Under the pieces are notes generated by a model, which saw nothing but the letters and a program-made list of their open reading frames with translations, ran no database searches and was not told where the DNA came from. From positions 1 to 57,194 of the IMG/VR virus record IMGVR_UViG_2778261542_000002: 57,194 nt of DNA, one strand, 5' to 3'. A program made the translations under genes and the position numbers. Source of the stretch: a virus. Its lineage: Duplodnaviria > Heunggongvirae > Uroviricota > Caudoviricetes. This document shows, one piece after another, positions 10,881 through 18,315 of the stretch (its first letter is position 1; each line of letters begins with the position of its first letter).

Positions 10881-10985
10881 GGTGAACAGTGGTGAACAGA
10901 CGGTGAACAGTCATTACTGCGATTGTTCATCCTTTAACTTACTGTATTACTTATCTTTTTTATTAAGGTGAACAGAGGTGAACAG
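10881..10985. repeat. ori-like iteron cluster (five GGTGAACAG = TGTTCACC reverse complement)
   Basis: Three tandem GGTGAACAG at 10881-10910, two more at 10967-10985, plus inverted GATTGTTCATCC; lies ~4.8 kb from the crr cluster with alpha between, as in P4. Confidence 0.55.
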
Positions 10986-11063
10986 TAAAATATAAAAAAA
11001 CAAACAGTAAGCCGGTTTTTCCTGCGACCTTTTCCTGGCTTGCCGGTGTGAGGATGAGTCTCC

Positions 11064-11081
11064 TGTGTCAGGGCTGGCACA
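11064..11081 (+). promoter_or_regulatory. TGT-N12-ACA dyad, candidate Ogr/Delta activator site of the sid late promoter
   Basis: TGTgtcagggctggcACA centred ~80 bp upstream of the sid ATG; P2/P4 late promoters use this dyad. Confidence 0.4.
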
Positions 11082-11153
11082 TCTGCAATGCGTCGTGTTG
11101 CTGTCCGGTGTACGTCACAATTTTCTTAACCTGAAGTGACGAGGAGCCGGAAA

Positions 11154-11888
11154 ATGTCTGACCACACTATCCCTGAATATCTGAAACCCGCACTGGCACA
11201 ACTGGAAAAGGCCAGAGCCGCCCATCTTGAGAACGCCCGCCTGATGGATGAGACCGTCACGGCCATTGAACGGGCAGAGCAGGAAAAAAATGCGCTGGCG
11301 CAGGCCGACGGAAACGACGCTGACGACTGGCGCACGGCCTTTCGTGCAGCCGGTGGTGTCCTGAGCGACGAGCTGAAACAGCGCCACATTGAGCGCGTGG
11401 CACGCCGGGAGCTGGTACAGGAATATGACAATCTGGCCGTGGTGCTGAATTTTGAACGCGAACGCCTGAAAGGGGCGTGTGACAGCACGGCCACCGCCTA
11501 CCGGAAGGCACATCATCACCTGCTGAGTCTGTATGCAGAGCATGAGCTGGAACACGCCCTGAATGAAACCTGTGAGGCGCTTGTCCGGGCAATGCATCTG
11601 AGCATCCTGGTACAGGAAAATCCGCTCGCCAACACCACCGGCCATCAGGGCTACGTCGCACCGGAAAAGGCTGTCATGCAGCAGGTGAAATCATCGCTGG
11701 AACAGAAAATAAAACAGATGCAAATCAGCCTCACCGGCGAGCCGGTTCTCCGGCTGACCGGACTGTCAGCGGCAACACTCCCGCACATGGATTATGAGGT
11801 GGCAGGCACACCGGCACAGCGCAAGGTGTGGCAGGACAAAATAGACCAGCAGGGAGCAAAGCTTAAGGCCAGAGGACTGCTGTCATGA
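11154..11888 (+). CDS. sid: Sid-like capsid size-determination protein (244 aa)
   Basis: GAGGAG Shine-Dalgarno; 244 aa as in P4 Sid; position sid-delta-psu; helical, Ala/Glu/Gln-rich. Confidence 0.75.
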   Translation: MSDHTIPEYLKPALAQLEKARAAHLENARLMDETVTAIERAEQEKNALAQADGNDADDWRTAFRAAGGVLSDELKQRHIERVARRELVQEYDNLAVVLNFERERLKGACDSTATAYRKAHHHLLSLYAEHELEHALNETCEALVRAMHLSILVQENPLANTTGHQGYVAPEKAVMQQVKSSLEQKIKQMQISLTGEPVLRLTGLSAATLPHMDYEVAGTPAQRKVWQDKIDQQGAKLKARGLLS

Positions 11889-12385
11889 TTTACTGCCCGT
11901 CGTGTGGACATGTTGCTCACACCCGTCGCGCACATTTCATGGACGATGGCACCAAGATAATGATTGCACAGTGCCGGAATATTTATTGCTCTGCGACATT
12001 TGAAGCGAGTGAAAGCTTTTTCTCTGACTGTAAAGATTCAGGAATGGAATACATTTCAGGCAAACAGAGATACCGCGATTCACTGACGTCAGCCTCCGGC
12101 AGCATGAAGCGCCCGAAAAGAATGCTTGTTACCGGATATTGTTGTCGGAGATGTAAAGGCCTTGCGCTGTCAAGAACATCGCGGCGTCTGTCTCAGGAAG
12201 TCACCGAGCGTTTTTATGTGTGCACGGATCCGGGCTGTGGTCTGGTGTTTAAAACGCTTCAGACCATCAACCGCTTCATTGTCCGCCCGGTCACGCCGGA
12301 CGAGCTTGCAGAAAGCCTGCATGAAAAACAGGAACTGCCGCCAGTACGGTTAAAAACACAATCATATTCGCTGCGTCTGGAATGA
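11885..12385 (+). CDS. delta: Delta-type late-gene transactivator (166 aa, two Ogr-like zinc-finger repeats)
   Basis: Two Cys clusters (CPSCGH...C..IYC and CCRRCKG...CTDPGCG), the P4 Delta duplicated-Ogr architecture; 166 aa. Confidence 0.8.
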   Translation: MIYCPSCGHVAHTRRAHFMDDGTKIMIAQCRNIYCSATFEASESFFSDCKDSGMEYISGKQRYRDSLTSASGSMKRPKRMLVTGYCCRRCKGLALSRTSRRLSQEVTERFYVCTDPGCGLVFKTLQTINRFIVRPVTPDELAESLHEKQELPPVRLKTQSYSLRLE

Positions 12386-12458
12386 GGGCTGCCGGTTAAC
12401 ACCGGCCGTCGCCGCACACCGTATTTTTATTCTTCAGCATGATGAGAAAGAGATAACG

Positions 12459-13031
12459 ATGGAAAGCACAGCCTTACAGCAGGCCTTTGACACCTGTCAG
12501 AATAACAAAGCAGCATGGCTGCAACGCAAAAATGAGCTGGCTGCGGCCGAACAGGAATATCTGCGGATTCAGTCAGGAGAAGGCAGAAACGTCAGTCGCC
12601 TGGACGAATTACGCAATATTATCGAAGTCAGAAAATGGCAGGTGAATCAGGCCGCCGGTCGTTATATTCGTTCGCATGAAGCCGTTCAGCACATCAGCAT
12701 CCGCGACCGGCTGAATGATTTTATGCAGCAGCACGGCACAGCACTGGCGGCGGCACTGGCACCGGAGCTGATGGGCTACAGTGAGCTGACGGCCATTGCC
12801 CGAAACTGTGCCATACAGCGTGCCACAGATGCCCTGCGTGAAGCCCTTCTGTCCTGGCTTGCGAAGGGGGAAAAAATTAATTATTCCGCACAGGATAGTG
12901 ACATTTTAACGACCATCGGATTCAGGCCTGACGCGGCTTCGGTGGATGACAGCCGTGAAAAATTCACCCCTGCGCAGAACATGATTTTTTCGCGTAAAAG
13001 TGCGCAACTGGCATCACGTCAGTCTGTGTAA
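12459..13031 (+). CDS. psu: Psu-like polarity suppression / capsid decoration protein (190 aa)
   Basis: 190 aa as in P4 Psu; last gene before cos; sequence begins MESTALQQAF, as I recall for P4 Psu. Confidence 0.75.
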   Translation: MESTALQQAFDTCQNNKAAWLQRKNELAAAEQEYLRIQSGEGRNVSRLDELRNIIEVRKWQVNQAAGRYIRSHEAVQHISIRDRLNDFMQQHGTALAAALAPELMGYSELTAIARNCAIQRATDALREALLSWLAKGEKINYSAQDSDILTTIGFRPDAASVDDSREKFTPAQNMIFSRKSAQLASRQSV

Positions 13032-13066
13032 AATTCCCCGAAAATCCTCCCGTTTTTACTGAAAAA

Positions 13067-13106
13067 AGCCATGCATCGATAAGGTGCATGGCTTTGCATG
13101 CGTTTT
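13067..13106 (+). terminator. putative terminator after psu
   Basis: 9-bp perfect stem AGCCATGCA/TGCATGGCT followed by a T-containing tract. Confidence 0.3.
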
Positions 13107-13195
13107 CCTGCCTCATTTTCTGCAGACCGCACCATTCCCGGCGCGGTCTGAGCGTGTCAGTGCAACTGCATTAAAACCGCCCCGCAAAGCGGGCG

Positions 13196-13214
13196 GGCGA
13201 GGCGGGGAAAGCAC
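13196..13214. other. cos site (P2/P4 19-nt cohesive end)
   Basis: Exact GGCGAGGCGGGGAAAGCAC, the P2/P4 cohesive-end sequence as I recall it, immediately after psu. Confidence 0.6.
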
Positions 13215-13334
13215 TGCGCGCTGTGGGTGCATAACCAAAAGTTTTGATGTCGTAAATATGCGCAAGATACTGGTTTCTGAAACTCGAGGTTGATATCTTA
13301 CTTGTCAAAAGGATATGAGATAAGGAGTGTATAA

Positions 13335-16076
13335 ATGGCCAGGCCGTTACCACTGAATAAAGATTTGATAGTTTGTGTACCTAGTAATTATTCCAATACC
13401 TCGAGAGGGAAGTTTTTCGAGAATTTTTGCGCTGATATACTCCGCCGGCAATCGTATAGAATTGATGGTATGGAAGTCAGAAAATCTGGCATGGAAATTG
13501 ATATTCAGGCTACTCATACACCATCAAATGAAAAGCTGTATGTAGAATGTAAATTCATGCAGCAAAAAGTTGATTCATCTGTGGTTGATTTGGCATTTTC
13601 TCAAGCATTTAGGTTGAGAGTTAAAAAAATTGCACTTTTTTCAATTTCTGATTTGGGTAAAGATGCTCAGTCAACGCTTGAGGATTATAGACTTGATGAG
13701 CGTATAGATTATTCTTTTTTTGATAAAAAAGAGATTCTTATATCTATACTTGCAACAGGTAAGGTTGAGGATATTCCAACAGATGACATTCCGGCAAAAT
13801 ATACTAGTGCAACACTTTTAGTTCATCCTGAAATAGAAATGACTTGGCTTTTGCAAGAAGTTGAAAATGGTAGCCCTATAAGAGTGGTGCCGTTCGCTAT
13901 AAATAAAAATAGTAAAATTCCAAGTGTCAGTCGCATAAGTGATATTATAAAGGAGCAAGGGCTTTTTGAAGGGTTGGAAGTAACTGATTTTTATATATTA
14001 TCTGAACCGGAACAAACTGTTTCGTCTTCAAAATTATCTGAAAATTACGAAAGGGAAATTGTCAGTGAAATAATTCTTGCTGACGATTTTATGGATTATA
14101 AGCCATGTCAGCCGAAAGACTTTGTTGGTCGCGAATATATACAGAAAGAAGTTTGGGATTATCTTGAGAATGTTAGAGGAAATAGCTCTCAAAGTAGAGT
14201 CCTATCACTTATAGGCGGTTCAGGAAATGGAAAGTCATCTTTAATAGCAAGGCTATCCTCAAGATTTAAAAATCAAAAATGGAAGAATAAATTCTTCCTT
14301 ACACCAGTCGATGTCCGTTCTGCTAGAGGCGGACGTTTTGTGGCAGAAGCTGTCGTTAAAGCTTTCAGCAGTGCGATCAAAGAAGGTTTTATCGAATATG
14401 AAAAACCATTCCTGATTGAGAGTGTTACGGATATCATAGGATCTGAGAGTGTTCAGGAATGTTTAAAATACCTTTCCGAACATGATAAGGTATTGACTAT
14501 TTTCTTTGATCAGTTCGAAGAAGTCTTTATGAAAGAGGAACTATTCGGGCTATTTAAAGAATTTGAACGATTCGCACTCGATGTCTCGGCACTACAAAGC
14601 AATTTAGTTGTAGGGTTCTCATGGAGAACTGGTATTACTTTAGGGGATGAAAATCCAGCGTACTCAATGTGGAATCGGCTAAAAGATTATAGGGTTGAAA
14701 AGAAACTTGAGCCTTTTGATCTAAAAGATTCATCTAAATTAATTAATAGTTTCGAGCTAAATACAGGGTTTAAATTAAATAAACCTTTACGCACGCGTCT
14801 TATTCAGCAAGCTCAAGGTTATCCATGGTTATTGAAAAAGCTTTGTATTCATGTATTCAAAAAACTAAAAGGAGGTATCTCACAGGATCAAATGTTGGTT
14901 AGTCAACTACAGATCTCAAATTTATTTCATGAGGATTTAGATAGGCCTGAAAAACAAAATTCATGTTTAAAATTTGTGGCAAAGAACTCTCCGATTAGTC
15001 AATATGAAGTTACTAAAGAGTTTGGGAGTGATACTGTTTTAGAGCTAATTTCAGATAGGATGGTAATTAAAACAGGTGAAAAATTATCAGTGTATTGGGA
15101 CGTTTTTCGAGATTACTTGAAAGGAAATGACCTTCCAGTTATACCATGGTCATATATGCCATCAACATCTCCGAAAATGGTTTTGTTAATTCTTGATGTT
15201 GTAAACTCGTTCAAAACCATTAGCTTGGATGAACTGCAAACTAAACTAAAATATAGTCGGGGAACATTAATAAATGTTTTAATGGATTTGCAGTATTTTG
15301 TTCTCATAGACAGAGATTTAAATGGGAATATAGTTTGTAAACAGACTATCACAAATGTCCCTGAGTTTCTTCGTGAGCATTTTAAGAGTCATAGTGTTTT
15401 GTTAGAATTGGCAGAGAATATTGTTGATGCCGATTTAAGAAGAGTTCCTATCGATAAGTATGAATCTATAATAGCCCATACTTATAAGAATAAAGACGGT
15501 GGTTATCCTAAGTCTTATAGTTCAAAATTATTGGCTTGGTTACAATTTACGGGGCTGATAGCGGTTATCGGGAAATCTGTGGTTATATATGATGGCGAGT
15601 TGTTTTCCCCAGCATTTGGGGCGATTGATCTAGATAAAAGAGGGGCACGCAATAGAAGAGGATCACTTTTCTTAGCTGCTACTTCGCCAGAAAAAACACT
15701 CGAAGTTGCCGAGTATCTGTGCGCCAATAAAAAAATGAGCCATTCATTCATTCAGGCGAATAAACATAGGAATGCAGTGCAGGATTTAATTTCTTTAGGT
15801 TTTTGTTCTCGACAAGATGATGGTGTGGTGATAAATAATAAAATAGAAGTTATATTAGAAAGCATCAGCCTTGAAAGGGCTTTAGCTAGGTTAGTCACTG
15901 AATCTCCAGCTATCAAAATATTAAATGCTTATGTAAATAAATTTGGCGATGATGATAAGAAAATGATGGGGGCAGCACTAGCAAAAGAACTTGAGAGAAC
16001 ATGGACACCTGCATCTACTACTAGATATATTTATGCACTAATGAGATATCGAAATTTCGCATTGGAAACTTTATAA
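13335..16076 (+). CDS. 913-aa fusion protein: N-terminal Mrr-type PD-(D/E)xK nuclease signature + STAND-type P-loop NTPase + ~350-aa C-terminal region; candidate antiviral gene
   Basis: AAGGAG Shine-Dalgarno; AT-rich in a GC-rich element; N-terminus FENFCADILRRQSYRIDGMEVRKSGMEIDIQA...LYVECKF (Mrr catalytic pattern); DFVGRE lead-in, Walker A LIGGSGNGKSS, Walker B LTIFFDQFEE, GYPWLL (GxP-like). Confidence 0.85.
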   Translation: MARPLPLNKDLIVCVPSNYSNTSRGKFFENFCADILRRQSYRIDGMEVRKSGMEIDIQATHTPSNEKLYVECKFMQQKVDSSVVDLAFSQAFRLRVKKIALFSISDLGKDAQSTLEDYRLDERIDYSFFDKKEILISILATGKVEDIPTDDIPAKYTSATLLVHPEIEMTWLLQEVENGSPIRVVPFAINKNSKIPSVSRISDIIKEQGLFEGLEVTDFYILSEPEQTVSSSKLSENYEREIVSEIILADDFMDYKPCQPKDFVGREYIQKEVWDYLENVRGNSSQSRVLSLIGGSGNGKSSLIARLSSRFKNQKWKNKFFLTPVDVRSARGGRFVAEAVVKAFSSAIKEGFIEYEKPFLIESVTDIIGSESVQECLKYLSEHDKVLTIFFDQFEEVFMKEELFGLFKEFERFALDVSALQSNLVVGFSWRTGITLGDENPAYSMWNRLKDYRVEKKLEPFDLKDSSKLINSFELNTGFKLNKPLRTRLIQQAQGYPWLLKKLCIHVFKKLKGGISQDQMLVSQLQISNLFHEDLDRPEKQNSCLKFVAKNSPISQYEVTKEFGSDTVLELISDRMVIKTGEKLSVYWDVFRDYLKGNDLPVIPWSYMPSTSPKMVLLILDVVNSFKTISLDELQTKLKYSRGTLINVLMDLQYFVLIDRDLNGNIVCKQTITNVPEFLREHFKSHSVLLELAENIVDADLRRVPIDKYESIIAHTYKNKDGGYPKSYSSKLLAWLQFTGLIAVIGKSVVIYDGELFSPAFGAIDLDKRGARNRRGSLFLAATSPEKTLEVAEYLCANKKMSHSFIQANKHRNAVQDLISLGFCSRQDDGVVINNKIEVILESISLERALARLVTESPAIKILNAYVNKFGDDDKKMMGAALAKELERTWTPASTTRYIYALMRYRNFALETL

Positions 16077-16083
16077 TTATTAA

Positions 16084-16107
16084 ATCATAGGGCGAAAGCC
16101 CTATGAT
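16084..16107. terminator. bidirectional hairpin between the convergent 913-aa gene and int
   Basis: Perfect 10-bp stem ATCATAGGGC/GCCCTATGAT with GAAA loop, T-rich flank. Confidence 0.4.
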
Positions 16108-17288
16108 TTTACTTTTATACCCCACCATGACATCAATTCTCTGCGTTGTTCTAAATAAATAGAACGATTATACGCCCGCCGTACTTCATTTTTATCTATA
16201 TGCGCTAAAGCTGATTCTATAATATCGGAATTAAAACCAGACTCGTTCAACGCTGTGCTAGCTATAGAACGAAGCCCATGAGCAACGAGTTTACCGCCAT
16301 AACCAATCCTTTTAAGAGCAGCATTAGCAGTTTGGCTATTCATAGGTTGTTTAGGATCATTCCTGCTGGGAAAAACATGTTCTCGGTGAGCGCTAATTGG
16401 CTTCATTACATCCAGAATCTCTAATGCCTGTGGTGATAAAGGAACAATGTGTTCCCGCTTAGCTTTCATCCGTTCGGCTGGAATAGTCCAGAGCTTCGTA
16501 TCGAGATCGATCTCTGCCCAACGGGCACCAGAGGCCTCAGAAGGGCGCACGAGCGTCAGGAGTTGCCATTCAATGAGACAGCGAGTCGGAACAGACAGAT
16601 TTGACATGACTAAAGAACGCATCAGCTTCGGCAATTCTTCTGGCCGCAGCGTCGGCATGTTTTGTTTTTTGGGCTTCTCAAAGGCCATTCCAATACCTGA
16701 TGCTGGATTGGCATCAATCAGACCAGTGTTTACGGCATAAATCATTATCTCGTTAATACGCTGCACTAGTCGACGTACAGTCTCAAGCGCTCCACGAGCT
16801 TTGATTGGTTCCAATGCTTCAACTAATATTCGGGCTTTAATTTGCTGAACGGGGATCTCACCGATGGCAGGGAATACATCTTTCTCCAATGAGCGCCAAA
16901 TGTCTTTTGCGTAATCAGGGGTAACGCTTTTACTTTTGAGCTGGAACCAGTTAGCGGCGACCATTGAGAAAATACTGTCCAGAGCGATTTGCTGCTGTTC
17001 CTCTGCAACTTCGGCCTGAATTTGTGGGTCAATTCCGTTGGCTAACAAGGCAAGGTAATCCGCTCTTAACCCTCGGGCGTCAGCAAGTGAAAGGGCGGGG
17101 AAAGCACCAAGCCCCATCATTGTCCGCTGTTTTGTCGCTGGACGTTGATAACGGAAACGCCAGAGCTTTTTCCCGCTGGTTTTCACTATCAGGAAAAGGC
17201 CATCGCCATCATGCAGAGTTAGATCCTTCTCTAACGCTTTAGCGCGAAGAACTTCGGTGTTGGTAAGGGGGCGTGTTGTCCGTGCCAC
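16101..17288 (-). CDS. int: P4-type tyrosine integrase (395 aa)
   Basis: Catalytic-domain boxes (LTLVRPSEASGARWAEIDL; HGLRSIASTAL...RAYNRSIY); adjacent to att core; GTG start. Confidence 0.9.
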   Translation of the reverse strand: MARTTRPLTNTEVLRAKALEKDLTLHDGDGLFLIVKTSGKKLWRFRYQRPATKQRTMMGLGAFPALSLADARGLRADYLALLANGIDPQIQAEVAEEQQQIALDSIFSMVAANWFQLKSKSVTPDYAKDIWRSLEKDVFPAIGEIPVQQIKARILVEALEPIKARGALETVRRLVQRINEIMIYAVNTGLIDANPASGIGMAFEKPKKQNMPTLRPEELPKLMRSLVMSNLSVPTRCLIEWQLLTLVRPSEASGARWAEIDLDTKLWTIPAERMKAKREHIVPLSPQALEILDVMKPISAHREHVFPSRNDPKQPMNSQTANAALKRIGYGGKLVAHGLRSIASTALNESGFNSDIIESALAHIDKNEVRRAYNRSIYLEQRRELMSWWGIKVKS

Positions 17289-17338
17289 TGTGGCCGCTCC
17301 TTCATGAATTGGTATACGCTTTTAGGTATACATCCTAC

Positions 17339-17361
17339 CGTATACCTAAACGTATACCAAT
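17339..17361. repeat. 23-bp motif CGTATACCTAAACGTATACCAAT, possible integrase arm-type site (copy 2) within a cluster of GTATAC repeats
   Basis: Direct repeat of 5774-5796; additional GTATAC copies at 17311-17336. Confidence 0.3.
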
Positions 17362-17402
17362 AATCACCGGATTTAGCCGGATGTTCTCGGACAACGACAG
17401 AC

Positions 17403-17437
17403 ACAAAAAAGCCCGCAGGGCTTGTGCCATGCGGGCT
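17403..17437 (-). terminator. rho-independent terminator between att core and int
   Basis: AGCCCGCA/TGCGGGCT stem followed on the minus strand by TTTTTT; positioned as a tmRNA-gene terminator would be. Confidence 0.45.
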
Positions 17438-17472
17438 TTCTGTACTTCACCGGACGTATCCGGATCATGATT

Positions 17473-17503
17473 TGGTGGAGCTGGCGGGAGTTGAACCCGC
17501 GTC
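17473..17503 (-). other. att core identical to the 3-prime 31 nt of ssrA (tmRNA); the tmRNA gene itself is absent
   Basis: Minus strand reads GACGCGGGTTCAACTCCCGCCAGCTCCACCA, the tmRNA acceptor/T-arm end as I recall it; upstream sequence does not continue as tmRNA. Confidence 0.7.
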
Positions 17504-17628
17504 AAAATTTATATAATCTTTTGTAAAATATACGTTTTTTCTATTGTTTTTGATCCGCGTATACTTCGCGTACACTTTGCCATTTGAACTTAAACATGCT
17601 GCCGTCGCTACATCATGACATGTTATTT

Positions 17629-18315
17629 TTACTTCTCATTTTCAAAGTCATCACGAATGTTAATTAGATCTGTAATCAAAGCGCCAACTTTAGTTGAAGG
17701 ATTTATCGAACCGTCTTTTTTGGCGGCATCTTCGACTCTTTTAGCATTGATTAATGCCGTATCGAGCCGATCTTGCAATTTATTAAATACACCTGATGCC
17801 TTTTTCTCATAATCTGGCATGTATTTTTTTAACTCAGCTAGCATTTGTGCGCCTTCACTTTTGCCTTTCTGAGGTGAAAATGATTTTCGGGTGTATCCAA
17901 AATGTAGTATCAGCCAGTACTCGAAACATGGTATGGAAGTTATAGCAACAAAAATCCCTTTTGGATTTAAGGAATTAATCCTGCTAAGAGCTTCATCATA
18001 GTTAGGGTGAGCGTCTCTATCAAAGACACAATAAACCTTATCATAAGGGTCGCTCCTTTTTTTTTCCGTATTATATTTTTCTTTTGCCCAAGATACCACA
18101 TTCATAGGGCTTGAGCCGCACTCTCCAGAAATCTCAACTATGCTTGCCGTGCTTATACGGCAATGTTTTATAAAATCTGTAAAATATGCGGGCTCAGTCT
18201 TCTCTCCCTCACAGACGATAAGAATTTTCTTCATTTGAGCTCGTGCTTTACTAACTCGTTTGAATTCATTATTACGCCGAGCCTTTCTTTTTTTGAACAG
18301 ATCTTCGCTTCCCAT
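17629..18315 (-). CDS. RloB-like protein (AbiLii-like partner of the ATPase)
   Basis: N-terminal ILIVCEGEKTEPAYF and CVFDRDAHPNYDE acidic motifs, read as RloB/Toprim-like; likely start is the ATG overlapping the upstream stop (TAATG), preceded by GGGAGAG. Confidence 0.65.
   Translation of the reverse strand: MGSEDLFKKRKARRNNEFKRVSKARAQMKKILIVCEGEKTEPAYFTDFIKHCRISTASIVEISGECGSSPMNVVSWAKEKYNTEKKRSDPYDKVYCVFDRDAHPNYDEALSRINSLNPKGIFVAITSIPCFEYWLILHFGYTRKSFSPQKGKSEGAQMLAELKKYMPDYEKKASGVFNKLQDRLDTALINAKRVEDAAKKDGSINPSTKVGALITDLINIRDDFENEK

Larger units (their letters stand above)
5695..17503. mobile_element. P4-like satellite phage / integrative element (~11.8 kb)
   Basis: Gene order and sizes match P4: crr, alpha (777 aa), epsilon-like (95 aa), ori, sid (244 aa), delta (166 aa), psu (190 aa), cos, integrase; bounded by imperfect direct repeats ATCATGATT..GCTGGCGG.AGTT.GAA at 5695-5720 and 17464-17496. 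Confidence 0.7.

Noticed and set aside
11115-11661. Minus-strand ORFs (122-176 aa) overlapping sid
   Set aside because: Antisense to sid in GC-rich sequence; no ribosome-binding sites or motifs.
17473-17870. Intact ssrA (tmRNA) gene on the minus strand
   Set aside because: Only the last 31 nt match tmRNA; the sequence that should encode the tmRNA body and tag-peptide reading frame is unrelated.
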